24,426 bases of DNA from a virus (lineage: Duplodnaviria > Caudoviricetes), in the IMG/VR virus record IMGVR_UViG_3300008952_000290, positions 1-24,426 of that record; one strand, written 5' to 3'. Position 1 is the stretch's first letter; each line of letters starts with the position of its first letter. Of the stretch, positions 14,879 to 24,006 are shown piece after piece. The translations under genes and the position numbers were made by a program. A model generated the notes under the pieces. It was given only the letters and a program-made list of their open reading frames with translations, was not told the DNA's origin and ran no database searches.

Positions 14879-15310
14879 ATGGCATACATTACCGCGCAGG
14901 AGATAGTGGACAGATATGGTCTAGACTATCTGCAGGGCGTCGCAGATCGGAACTGTGATGGATTCGTGGATCTTCCCTCTGTAGCGCTTGCCATTACTGA
15001 TGCCGAATCTGAAATAAACAAGTTTCTGAGCACGAGATTTGCTGTGCCTATCGCAAACGCCGAAACGGATGACGCTTGGGCATGGATCAAGAGGTGTACA
15101 GCAGATCTGGCGATCTATTATCTTGCTGAAACGTGGGCATCGATGACTGATCTTATCGCCAAACGCAGAGATGAGGCGATGGAGCAGCTGAGGATGATTG
15201 CAGACGGCACGATCAACCCAGGCGGATCGGCGGTTGTGCAGGCCAACTCCTCGCAGGTGTGCGCCAACGCGAGGCTATTAACTCGATCGCAATTAAGCGA
15301 GGTGATCTAG
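14879..15310 (+). CDS. Head-tail connector, Mu gp36/DUF1320-like
   Basis: MAYIT..EIVDRYG, AITDAESEINKFLSTRFAVP, CTADLAIYYL, EAMEQLRMIADG. Confidence 0.9.
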   Translation: MAYITAQEIVDRYGLDYLQGVADRNCDGFVDLPSVALAITDAESEINKFLSTRFAVPIANAETDDAWAWIKRCTADLAIYYLAETWASMTDLIAKRRDEAMEQLRMIADGTINPGGSAVVQANSSQVCANARLLTRSQLSEVI

Positions 15311-15771
15311 TGAGCGTGGAGATCACGATAGAGGGCGTCAAGGCTGCGCAGATCGAGCGCGCAGTTTCCCGGCTTTTCATAAAGTCGACTATGGGAAAGT
15401 ATGCCCGCGCGGTCAGGGACAACACGCGGCTTCGCATGATCGACGAGATCGATCCAGAGGGCACCCCATGGGAGCCGCTAAGCGAACCATACGGATCCCG
15501 CAAAAAGGGGCCAGGGAAACTGCGCGAGACCTTGGCGCTATTCAATACAATGCACGCAGAGGCACAGCGCGGCGCGGCGCAGGTAGGCACGCGGATTGAT
15601 TATGGCACTTTCAATCAGTACGGCAGCGAATCGATCGGGGTAACTATTGGCGCCTTCGGTGCAGAGGCCAGCCCGCGCGATCTCCCTGCGCGCCCATGGT
15701 TAGGCGTGACTGATGACGACACGGAAGACATCAGCGATCTAGCTGGTGAGATCTGGGAAGGCTCCTTCTGA
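15310..15771 (+). CDS. Virion morphogenesis/tail completion protein, Mu gpG-like
   Basis: DPEGTPWEPLS, LRETLAL, VGTRIDYGTFNQYG, LPARPWLG. GTG start at 15310 overlaps the upstream TAG. Confidence 0.9.
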   Translation: MSVEITIEGVKAAQIERAVSRLFIKSTMGKYARAVRDNTRLRMIDEIDPEGTPWEPLSEPYGSRKKGPGKLRETLALFNTMHAEAQRGAAQVGTRIDYGTFNQYGSESIGVTIGAFGAEASPRDLPARPWLGVTDDDTEDISDLAGEIWEGSF

Positions 15772-16427
15772 TGGCGCTTGAGGTTATAGACGGCGCGGTA
15801 AACGCAAGAGATGGGATCGCGGGCGCAGAAGTCGGAAGGCTAGAGGCGTGGGCGGTCAACTACCTGCAGCAGTACGGGAAATCTTTTTTCAAGACGATCG
15901 AGAGATGGCGGGGCCAGATAGATGCAAATGAAACAACCCGGCTCGGCTTCAAGGTACCGGCGCTATTTGTCACGTGTCTAGGCACGAGCGGATCGATCGA
16001 TAGTTCCGGGGCTGCCCCGATAGTAAAGGTTCGATTTGCTGCCGCCGGGATCACTGCCAACGGGACTGGCGCAGATCTTGGTGAAGAGAAAGGTAGATAC
16101 CACTACGGGGTTTCTATGATGGGGATCGTGTTGTCTCTAGTTAATCAGATGGTGCCGCCCAAGGTGCTCGATTCGAGTTTTTCACCGGCACGCCGAGTGG
16201 ATGATCCGCGATACCCTTGGCGGCGCGCGAACGAGATCGGGGCATCCAACAAGTACTCAGCGAAGCTTGACAGAATGGGCTTTTCGCTTTTCGAGATTCA
16301 GTGGTCTCACGATGTTCAGATCGGCAACATAAACCTAAATCTGTTGCCGGATCTCAATACCATCTTTGGGGACATACACCCAGACGGCGGCACGCCGCCG
16401 GCTCTGGGTGAGGTAATATTCACATAA
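15771..16427 (+). CDS. Putative tail terminator, Mu gp37-like
   Basis: Synteny between gpG and sheath. IERWRGQ..., VPALFVTCLG, FSLFEIQW. Confidence 0.65.
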   Translation: MALEVIDGAVNARDGIAGAEVGRLEAWAVNYLQQYGKSFFKTIERWRGQIDANETTRLGFKVPALFVTCLGTSGSIDSSGAAPIVKVRFAAAGITANGTGADLGEEKGRYHYGVSMMGIVLSLVNQMVPPKVLDSSFSPARRVDDPRYPWRRANEIGASNKYSAKLDRMGFSLFEIQWSHDVQIGNINLNLLPDLNTIFGDIHPDGGTPPALGEVIFT

Positions 16428-16711
16428 TGGCGAGCCCTAAAAAATACAGCATGAGGCCAGCGAAGCGGCACCCGGACGGCTCGCCAGTGATGGTCAAATT
16501 CAACAACGGCCGAAGCGCGATCGCCCAGCAAGAGTCGCTCCAGGTAACGCCAGATCTGCACCGGGCATACATGGCGGGGGATCTTGAGATCGACGGTTAT
16601 CCCCACGATCGGCCAGGCCAAAAAAAGACCCAAAAAAAGAAGGCGCAGAAAAAGCGCGCACGGAAGATCAAGGCCTCAGAACCTGAGGCGAAGGATACAG
16701 AGGCAATCTAA
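16427..16711 (+). CDS. Small pre-sheath protein (Mu gp38 position) with Lys-rich tail
   Basis: Synteny. HRAYMAGDLEI, followed by KKTQKKKAQKKRARKIK. Confidence 0.65.
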   Translation: MASPKKYSMRPAKRHPDGSPVMVKFNNGRSAIAQQESLQVTPDLHRAYMAGDLEIDGYPHDRPGQKKTQKKKAQKKRARKIKASEPEAKDTEAI

Positions 16712-18175
16712 ATGGCACTCGTTACAGGCGTTCCCCAGACAAATCTACCCGGACGTTATGCATCCATTGACAACTCAGCAGCGGTACAGGCTACGGCTGC
16801 GACATCATATAAGGTGCTCCTGATCGGAACAGCCGCGGCGGGATCATCGGGGCCGGTTAATACTGTCGTCCAGATGTTCTCTGACTCAGACGCGGAACAA
16901 TGGGGCACCGGGAGCATGCTGGATCGCCAGGTCTCACAGGCGGTAAGCGCAAATTCATCCATACCAGTCTACGCGATTGCACTTGCCGAGGCTGGCGGAT
17001 CCACGAAGGCGGAGCAGGCGATCACCGTTCCCGCCGGGACATCCACTGCAAATTCAACCTTGCACCTGTATGTAGGCGGCCAATATGTGCCTGTGCTTGT
17101 CGCTGAGGGGGACGATCAGGATGCAGTGGCAACGAAGATCGGCGCGGCTGTGGATGCCAAATCGACGCTACCAATGGTAGAGAAGTCTGTAGCTTCGAAC
17201 CTGTGCACACTTGAGAGTAAATTCACAGGCGAAGCGGGGGATTCAATCACGATCCAATTCAATCGTGGGGTGCGCGAGTCTTTTCCGCCTGGGATCCCTG
17301 CGCCCACTGTAGTGCAGACAGGCGGCACGGGCGATCCGTCGATCGTTCCCGCTGTAGCGGCGATGGTTGACAGCCAGTACACGCATATCCACCTCCCCTA
17401 TCCGAACACGACAGCTCAGAATCTAATGAAGGATGAGCTAGATTCCAGATTCGGGCCCGAGGATCAGCAGTGGGGGATCAGTTTTACCGCCGTAAATGAT
17501 TCAACGGCAAATCTGACCATATACGGGAACGCCAGGAACTCACAGCTTCAGGTGTATCCAGAATTGGATCCGGGTACAGCGTCTCCACTCTTTGAGGCGA
17601 TGGCCTCAGGGATCGCTATCATGGCAGGGGAGCCGGATCCCGCTATGCCGTTCCAGACGCTAGGCTTGCCAGGTGTCGCAGGTGCGCCCGAGGGTGCCGG
17701 CCAGCGCAGGAGCAGACCCGAGCGCAATACACTGCTTGGTGACGGGATCGCAACCACCCGCGTAGCCGACGACGGCACCGTGAAAATTGAGCGGATCGTA
17801 ACTTCGTATCAGACGAATCCAGGCGGAAGCCCTGACATCAGCTACAAGAATTTGAACACAGTTTTAACTGTGCTTGTGTTTAGGGATGCCATCAATTCGC
17901 ACTTCTCGAAATTCGCAAGATATAAACTAGCGGACGATGGGAACAACTTTGGCCCGGGCCAAAGGGTAATGACGCCATCAACAGCGAAGGCTGAGATCAT
18001 CGGGGTCTTTGAGGTGTTTGAGGATGCGGGGATCCTTGAGGATGTGGAAGGGTTTACCAAATCGCTCATTGTAGAGAGAAGCCAGGTTGACCCCGATCGG
18101 CTCGAATATAGCGGTAACCCTGACACCGTTAATCAGTTCAGAATCCTGGCAGGAACTATCGCCTTCAAGCTCTAG
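16712..18175 (+). CDS. Contractile tail sheath protein, Mu gpL-like
   Basis: PGRYASIDNS, KVLLIG, WGTGSML, PDPAMPFQTLGL, ERNTLLGDGIAT, IERIVTSYQTN, YKLADDG, PDTVNQFRILA. Confidence 0.95.
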   Translation: MALVTGVPQTNLPGRYASIDNSAAVQATAATSYKVLLIGTAAAGSSGPVNTVVQMFSDSDAEQWGTGSMLDRQVSQAVSANSSIPVYAIALAEAGGSTKAEQAITVPAGTSTANSTLHLYVGGQYVPVLVAEGDDQDAVATKIGAAVDAKSTLPMVEKSVASNLCTLESKFTGEAGDSITIQFNRGVRESFPPGIPAPTVVQTGGTGDPSIVPAVAAMVDSQYTHIHLPYPNTTAQNLMKDELDSRFGPEDQQWGISFTAVNDSTANLTIYGNARNSQLQVYPELDPGTASPLFEAMASGIAIMAGEPDPAMPFQTLGLPGVAGAPEGAGQRRSRPERNTLLGDGIATTRVADDGTVKIERIVTSYQTNPGGSPDISYKNLNTVLTVLVFRDAINSHFSKFARYKLADDGNNFGPGQRVMTPSTAKAEIIGVFEVFEDAGILEDVEGFTKSLIVERSQVDPDRLEYSGNPDTVNQFRILAGTIAFKL

Positions 18176-18195
18176 GAAGATAGGAGACCAATCAA

Positions 18196-18555
18196 ATGGC
18201 ACAGTTAACAGGACGCGCGGAAGTTTTCATAAACAACATTAAGATGGGCACGACAGAGGGGCCCACTATTATGTTTGGCGGGGAGGTCCGCGAAACCGTC
18301 AAGGGCCAATTCAAGCCCCAAGGTTACAAGGTCACAGACGTTGCGCCAGGCGGGGCCAGCATGGTTATCGCGCACGGGCCCGGTGTTGCCGTTTCTGATT
18401 TCGATGTGACGGACGCAACCCTGATGTTGGTGACGGACACCGGCGCAGTGTTCCTTGTTACTCAGGCGACAAGGGTCGGCGATCCGCCTGAGCTGGACTC
18501 GGGGGCCGGAACCATCTCAGTGAGCCTTGAGGGGCAGCCCGCGAAATCATTCTAA
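18196..18555 (+). CDS. Tail tube protein, Mu gpM-like
   Basis: Follows the sheath. GGEVRETV.G and TDTGAVF motifs. AGGAG RBS. Confidence 0.85.
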   Translation: MAQLTGRAEVFINNIKMGTTEGPTIMFGGEVRETVKGQFKPQGYKVTDVAPGGASMVIAHGPGVAVSDFDVTDATLMLVTDTGAVFLVTQATRVGDPPELDSGAGTISVSLEGQPAKSF

Positions 18556-18574
18556 GTGCTATCCTTCCGCCATG
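18556..18574 (+). promoter_or_regulatory. Putative extended -10 leaderless promoter
   Basis: GTGC-TATCCT(18560-18565)-TCCGCC-ATG(18572). No SD upstream. Confidence 0.55.
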
Positions 18575-18955
18575 AGCGAAGATGCAAACAGCGATGAGAA
18601 GACCTGGCGGGATGACGATCGCGTAACTGTTACGCCTACACATTTCGAAATTCAGATCTACAAATGGGCGCCGCACGATGACCCCGAGCGGGTAAAGGCT
18701 GAGCGCGAGAATCCGCCCATGGCGCCGCCTGACAAGGTGAGCATCAGGCGATCATTCACGGCAGGCGATGCCGTGCGCATGGACGAATACCCAGACACCG
18801 GGCAGCGCTCGCGAGAGCTTGCGATCTGTTGCATCCTGACAGGCAGCAACACGGGAGGCGGGCGCGTGTCTGCCGAGATGATGGGGCGAATGTCCTATCA
18901 AGATTACCAGATCGTTATTCAGGCTACGGACGACGCTGTTGCGGGAAAGGACTAG
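18572..18955 (+). CDS. Tail assembly chaperone
   Basis: Lies between tube and tape measure. Ends GCG GGA AAG GAC TAG with a slippery heptamer. ATG 18572 preferred over 18527, which would overlap the tube gene. Confidence 0.85.
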   Translation: MSEDANSDEKTWRDDDRVTVTPTHFEIQIYKWAPHDDPERVKAERENPPMAPPDKVSIRRSFTAGDAVRMDEYPDTGQRSRELAICCILTGSNTGGGRVSAEMMGRMSYQDYQIVIQATDDAVAGKD

Positions 18956-19098
18956 AGCGGGGCGGCCTCATTGACAGCCAGATCGCAATAGTCGCGCGCA
19001 CCTTTGGATGGAAGCCGAGGGATTTCGAAGGCGTTACTCTCGATCAACTGAACGGCTGGTATATGAGGGCAGCGATCGCCCTGGGAATCACGGACTAA
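18943..19098 (+). CDS. -1 frameshift extension of the tail chaperone (lambda G-T / P2 E+E'-like)
   Basis: G GGA AAG at 18943-18949. The -1 frame reads ...IAIVARTFGWKPRDFEGVTLDQLNGWY..., a GpE'-like motif, and ends 4 nt before the TMP start. Confidence 0.88.
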   Translation, partial: GKGLERGGLIDSQIAIVARTFGWKPRDFEGVTLDQLNGWYMRAAIALGITD

Positions 19099-19102
19099 CC
19101 CC

Positions 19103-21121
19103 ATGGCCGACCTCGCATTAAACATCAGGATCAAGGCGTTTAACGAGAGCGCCGCGGGTCTGCGCGCGTTTCGCAAAGATCTATCCGGACTGACAAAAGA
19201 GGCCAAACGGTTTGGCGTTCTCAGCACCACGTCATTTAGGGCGACGCGCCGAGAGGTCGAAGGCCTAAGCAGGGCAACGAAAGGCCTCAAGCTTGGCAAG
19301 GGCGGCGGGCCCGGCGGCGTGACAGTGATCGGCCAGATGGGGCGCGAGGCTAAGGCGTCGGGCATCGACATAAGGCGATCGGCGCAGGGCATGGCCGACC
19401 TAGGCCGCGCGGCTGAAGGCCTGATGCGCGGGCCCGTCCAGGCGTCGCTAAAATACGAAACCAGCCTTTCTAATATCCGAACGCTTACAGACGAGGCACA
19501 CTTCTCGACCGCGCAGCTTGAGGACATTACAAAAAAGGCGTCGCTGCAGTTCGGCGGCACTGCTGCAGATCAGGCCGGAGCTCTTTACGACATCATTTCG
19601 GCAGGGGGGACCGATGCCACGCAAGCGCAGCAGACACTAGACGCGGCGAACAAACTTTCAATCGGAGGCCTAACCGATGTCGGCACCGCCACCAAGGCGC
19701 TGAGCGCTACCGTCGCCAACTTTACAGCCGAGGGCGTGACAGCCGCTGACGCATCTGACGCGCTATTCGTAGCGGTTCAAAAGGGACGAACCACGGTGGG
19801 AGAGACGGCGCGAGCGTTTCCCAAGGTCGCATCAGCGGCGGGCGCGATGAATCTCAAGTTAGGCGAGGCTGCGGCGATCTACTCAACGATCACGCTTACG
19901 GCGAAAAGCAGTGCAGATGCATCCACGCAGGCCGCCGCTTTTCTCAGCGCTACGGTCAAGCCAACGAAGGCGGCGACCGATGCGCTCAAGCGGCTGAATC
20001 GTGAGCGGAGGCGTGAGGATAGGAGGGCAGACAAGAAGGCTGGTCGCAAACTCGGCACGACTAAGCGGGCGGCGCTGCGCATCGACTCCAAGGCCCTCAG
20101 GGATATGGGCTCCCTGGACTTCGCGGCGCAGTTCAAGGGCCTCGATGAAACCGACCTGGCTAAGCTGTTTGGAGGCGAGCGGGCGAGAAAAGGCGTGCAG
20201 GGCCTAATCGCTAACCTCGACAAGTTAGACGAGGCAAGGAAGGCGCAAGCGAAGCGGACAGGCGAAACCGAAAAGGCAGAGAAGACGATCAGTAAGACGC
20301 GCGCACACCGTCTAAAGCTGCTTAAGTCGAAGATGGACGATGCCAAGTTGACGATCGGTGAAGCCATCACGCCGCTGGCTGACACGCTGATCCCAGTGGT
20401 CACGAGCCTTGCCAAGATCGGCGGCGAACTAGCTGAGGATCACCCAGACCTAGTAAAGGGCGCAGCCGCGCTAGGCGTCGCGGCTGTGGGTTTTGGAAAG
20501 ATAGGTGAGGGCGTGGTCGGAGTGACAAGAACGGTAGACGCGTTCCGGGGCCTCGGGCCTGTAATGGGCAAGGCTGCAGGCAAGGCTGCGGGGTTAGTTG
20601 CAAAGCTAGGCCCAGGCCGCATGGGCTGGCTTGGTGCCATGGGTGCGCTTGGGTTCGCAATTGGAACTTTCGTAGAGCGACAATTTAAGCTTAGCGACAA
20701 ATTGCTAAGCGGCTTTGACAGTCTATTCGGGAAGGCTGCGAAGGTAGAGCGAGTGGGCGCGAGTGGGCTTGCCGCGGAACTCAAGGCCGGCGGCCGGCGC
20801 GTGGTTAGGGATTCAGCCGGCAGGGAGGTGAAGGATCCTGCCGCCCTGAAAAAGATGCGCGCACAGAGGAAGCTTGAACTGGTGATGTCAGGACAGGATC
20901 ACGATAGCGCTGAAACGACGCTGATCAGCGAAGGCTTCGGCCGTCAGAAGGACATAGGGGGGATCGGCACAATGGCAAGAAAGGCGGCCGGGGCTGCGAG
21001 GAGCGCGATCGATGTCAATGTTAGCGTGGAGGACGGGCGCGTAAAGGTTACCAGCGTAAAGGCGTCAAACCATGATGGTGAAGTGAACGCCAGCGCCGGG
21101 GACGGGGTGGGGTTGAACTAA
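19103..21121 (+). CDS. Tail tape measure protein (TP901-family core)
   Basis: Long Ala/Gly-rich helical ORF. AGALYDIISAG, ASDALFVAVQKGRTT. Hydrophobic C-terminal segments. Confidence 0.93.
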   Translation: MADLALNIRIKAFNESAAGLRAFRKDLSGLTKEAKRFGVLSTTSFRATRREVEGLSRATKGLKLGKGGGPGGVTVIGQMGREAKASGIDIRRSAQGMADLGRAAEGLMRGPVQASLKYETSLSNIRTLTDEAHFSTAQLEDITKKASLQFGGTAADQAGALYDIISAGGTDATQAQQTLDAANKLSIGGLTDVGTATKALSATVANFTAEGVTAADASDALFVAVQKGRTTVGETARAFPKVASAAGAMNLKLGEAAAIYSTITLTAKSSADASTQAAAFLSATVKPTKAATDALKRLNRERRREDRRADKKAGRKLGTTKRAALRIDSKALRDMGSLDFAAQFKGLDETDLAKLFGGERARKGVQGLIANLDKLDEARKAQAKRTGETEKAEKTISKTRAHRLKLLKSKMDDAKLTIGEAITPLADTLIPVVTSLAKIGGELAEDHPDLVKGAAALGVAAVGFGKIGEGVVGVTRTVDAFRGLGPVMGKAAGKAAGLVAKLGPGRMGWLGAMGALGFAIGTFVERQFKLSDKLLSGFDSLFGKAAKVERVGASGLAAELKAGGRRVVRDSAGREVKDPAALKKMRAQRKLELVMSGQDHDSAETTLISEGFGRQKDIGGIGTMARKAAGAARSAIDVNVSVEDGRVKVTSVKASNHDGEVNASAGDGVGLN

Positions 21122-22338
21122 TGGGCTGGCGAGATGATCAGAAGGAGTTTGGCAAGCTAGACGGCAAGAAATTCATATATGAAAACGTGGATGATGAGGG
21201 CGGCGCGGATGGAGTGATACACGATATCGCCACGAGCGGAAGGCCGGTGTACGAGGGAATCAGCGAAGGTCAGGAAGCGTTCGACGTGACTGCTGTTTTT
21301 GTGGGTGAGGATTACCTTGTGGATATGGATGATTTCATCGAGATCCTAAGGAAGCCCAAAACTCACAAATTTGAGCACCCGTACCGCGGTACGTTTAGGT
21401 GTGCCCTTGCCGGCAGGTACAAGCTAACAAATAGCAGGACGAGCGGCGGCAAGTGCGAATTCAGATTCAGGCTGGTAGTCACCAAGGATCAAGCGTTCCC
21501 GCTAATCCGTGATGCCAGTTTAGATCTGCTCAATCAGGTGGGGTTAGTGAATTTAGCCCTGATTGCATCATACAAAAGGCGCTTCAAGGTGGGCACATTT
21601 GTAAAGCAGATCATCGGAACAATCGGCCTGGCAACTGCTGCGATGCGTGTAGTCGAGGGCAAGATTCAGGCGGCGATGAATCTTACCGAGGCATTCGGAT
21701 CAGCCGTGACAGGGTTCGCAGATCAGGCGTCAGCGCTGCTAAGAAAGCCTGATGATATGATCACGTCGATGACAGGGACAGCGATCGGGATAATCGCTGG
21801 TGTGGCATCTTCTGTCGACGATCTGCCCAGCAGAAACAGGCGAGCGCAGAGCACGTTCACGCAAGCCATGCGCGAGATATTCGGTCAGCCCAGACCTTCA
21901 CAGCCCAGACTGTCCACTCCTGAATCTCTGCTAGAGCGTGACAATTCGATCCAGTGGTGGTTAGCGAACAGAATATCTTTTGTTTCAGGCGCAGCCGCAG
22001 CCGTTACTGATATGTCATTCAGTAGCACAGATGAGGTTAACCTGTTCAAGTCTGAATTCTTAGGTTTCTTTGATCAGATAACGATCGATCCTGATCTTGA
22101 TGATCAGATGTATAGCCAGATCAGACAACTCAAGGCGAATGTGGTGGAATACCTCGCAGGCGTCGCGCAGGATCTGCCGCAGCTCACGACATACACCACA
22201 CACAAGGCACTGCCCGCGCTTGTGGTTGCCTATCAAATATACGGAGACAACGATCGCAATCTTGAGATCGTTGACAGAAACAACGTGATCGACCCCATGT
22301 TCGTCCCGCCGCGAACGCTAGAGGTGACTGGTGGTTAA
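21121..22338 (+). CDS. DNA circularization/tail protein, Mu gpN-like
   Basis: MGWRD, VFVGEDY, FEHPYRG, and C-terminal LPALVVAYQIYGD..R..EIVDRNNVIDPMFVPP. Confidence 0.92.
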   Translation: MGWRDDQKEFGKLDGKKFIYENVDDEGGADGVIHDIATSGRPVYEGISEGQEAFDVTAVFVGEDYLVDMDDFIEILRKPKTHKFEHPYRGTFRCALAGRYKLTNSRTSGGKCEFRFRLVVTKDQAFPLIRDASLDLLNQVGLVNLALIASYKRRFKVGTFVKQIIGTIGLATAAMRVVEGKIQAAMNLTEAFGSAVTGFADQASALLRKPDDMITSMTGTAIGIIAGVASSVDDLPSRNRRAQSTFTQAMREIFGQPRPSQPRLSTPESLLERDNSIQWWLANRISFVSGAAAAVTDMSFSSTDEVNLFKSEFLGFFDQITIDPDLDDQMYSQIRQLKANVVEYLAGVAQDLPQLTTYTTHKALPALVVAYQIYGDNDRNLEIVDRNNVIDPMFVPPRTLEVTGG

Positions 22339-23428
22339 CCCTAAGGTTAGCCTTTCGGTCAATGGCCGCCGCTTGTCAGAATGGACAAGGGTGAGCATTA
22401 CCAGATCGATCACATCACTGGCTGATACCTTTTCGCTTGGGTATGTAGATATAAACACCAGAAGGGATTACCCCATAAAAGAGGGAGACAGGTGCATACT
22501 GTCCATTGGTGCGCAAAAGGTCATAACCGGGCATGTAGACGTTGCGGAATGGTCCTACTCCGCAGGCGGTCAGGGCGGCGCAACGTCGCACGGATTCTCA
22601 GTGCAAGGCAGGAGCAAGAGCGGCGATCTGGTAGATTCGTCAGTAGTCCCGGACCCTTCGAGCTGGCAACACAAAACGCTCCTGACGATCGCCGCGCAGA
22701 TCTGCAAGCCATACGGGATCGTTCCTATACTCTCAGCCAATGTGGATCCGCTCGTGCTGGCGCCGATCGCTAGACACTCTGTCGAGATTGGCGAGTCCCC
22801 TGGTGATTGCTTGGGCAGGCTAGCGCAGAAGCTCGGAGTTTTGCTCAGGACCACACCAGACGGCAAGCTTGAGATCGGCAGACCGCCGGGGCTGCTGACA
22901 GCCGGCGCAATTGTTCTGGATCGTGGCGGCGCCAAGATCAAAAGCGGCACGCGCAGGAGCGACCACAGACAGCGGCACGATCTGTATATCGCGTTTGGCC
23001 AGAAACAGGGGAGCTCCACTGTGCTTGGCGACGCCGCGCGCGAGGGCAAGCAGTCAGCCAAGGACCCGCGCGTACTCAGGTATAGGCCGCTGGTGTTTAT
23101 TCAAGACGGGGCGAGCACAACCGGCACTCTGCGGCGTGCGGCAGAGTGGACGAGAAACACGAGGGCAGGCCAAAGCGAGCGCGTCAGCTATACGGTGCAG
23201 GGCTGGGAGTCTGCGCCGGGGCAACTTTGGGAGCCAGGAAAGACGGTTATCGCTAACGATTCGCTTTTGCGTCTAAGCAAAAAAGGCCTAATCGTTGAGT
23301 CTGTGAATTTCACCTTCGATAAGAGCGGCGGATCCCAGACATCGATCGATCTGGTGAACCCCGAGGCCTTCGTGGGCCTGACTCCGCCGACAAAGCCAAA
23401 GCTAAAAGAAGGTGTTCTCTCGTGGTAG
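22331..23428 (+). CDS. Baseplate hub, Mu gpP/gp44-like
   Basis: WTRVSITRSI, VITGHVD, GRSKSGDLVDSS, ICKPYGI, RYRPLV, YTVQGW, LWEPG. Confidence 0.93.
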   Translation: MVNPKVSLSVNGRRLSEWTRVSITRSITSLADTFSLGYVDINTRRDYPIKEGDRCILSIGAQKVITGHVDVAEWSYSAGGQGGATSHGFSVQGRSKSGDLVDSSVVPDPSSWQHKTLLTIAAQICKPYGIVPILSANVDPLVLAPIARHSVEIGESPGDCLGRLAQKLGVLLRTTPDGKLEIGRPPGLLTAGAIVLDRGGAKIKSGTRRSDHRQRHDLYIAFGQKQGSSTVLGDAAREGKQSAKDPRVLRYRPLVFIQDGASTTGTLRRAAEWTRNTRAGQSERVSYTVQGWESAPGQLWEPGKTVIANDSLLRLSKKGLIVESVNFTFDKSGGSQTSIDLVNPEAFVGLTPPTKPKLKEGVLSW

Positions 23429-24006
23429 ATCGATCAAGCTGGAATGCAATCAAGGGCGAGCTTCGCAAGATTGCTAACCGAATGCGGCTGATGGTCACGC
23501 GCGCCAAGGTGGTCGCGTCTGCAGTGACAGGCGGCGGCCAGATCGCAGCGGTCGATATGCTGCAGGGAATACGCAGGGATGGAGCGGAAGTGTTTGAGCC
23601 CTATGGCATCTCTAGCTATCTGCCGCCCGGTTCAGAGGGTATAGCGATCGCAGTTGGAGCATCAGGCGATCAGGTGGCGATCCTTGGGGCGGCGCCAAGG
23701 GGTGCCGCCTCGCCTGATAAGCTACCTGGTGAGGTTGATTATTACAGCGATCACGGGCAGGTCATACGATTGCACACTGACGGATCGATCTCGCTCAGCC
23801 CCGCCCCCCTTGGCTTCGTGTATACTGGTGGCGCGGTGGATCCCACTAAGCCATACGCTGCAGGCGGCGGTGATAGCGTGGTGCCGAGCGCGCAGTTTGT
23901 CACGTGGATGGGCGCTGTCAATGCGCTGCTTCCTCCCGGTACTCCCTTGCCTGTGGTAACAGGTACGATCGCGCCGGTTGCCACGAGAAAGACAAAGGTT
24001 GGATGA
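23422..24006 (+). CDS. Baseplate spike, Mu gp45-like
   Basis: EVFEPYGISSYLPPGSEG..IAVGA, LPGEVDYYSDHGQVIRL. Confidence 0.9.
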   Translation: MVDRSSWNAIKGELRKIANRMRLMVTRAKVVASAVTGGGQIAAVDMLQGIRRDGAEVFEPYGISSYLPPGSEGIAIAVGASGDQVAILGAAPRGAASPDKLPGEVDYYSDHGQVIRLHTDGSISLSPAPLGFVYTGGAVDPTKPYAAGGGDSVVPSAQFVTWMGAVNALLPPGTPLPVVTGTIAPVATRKTKVG

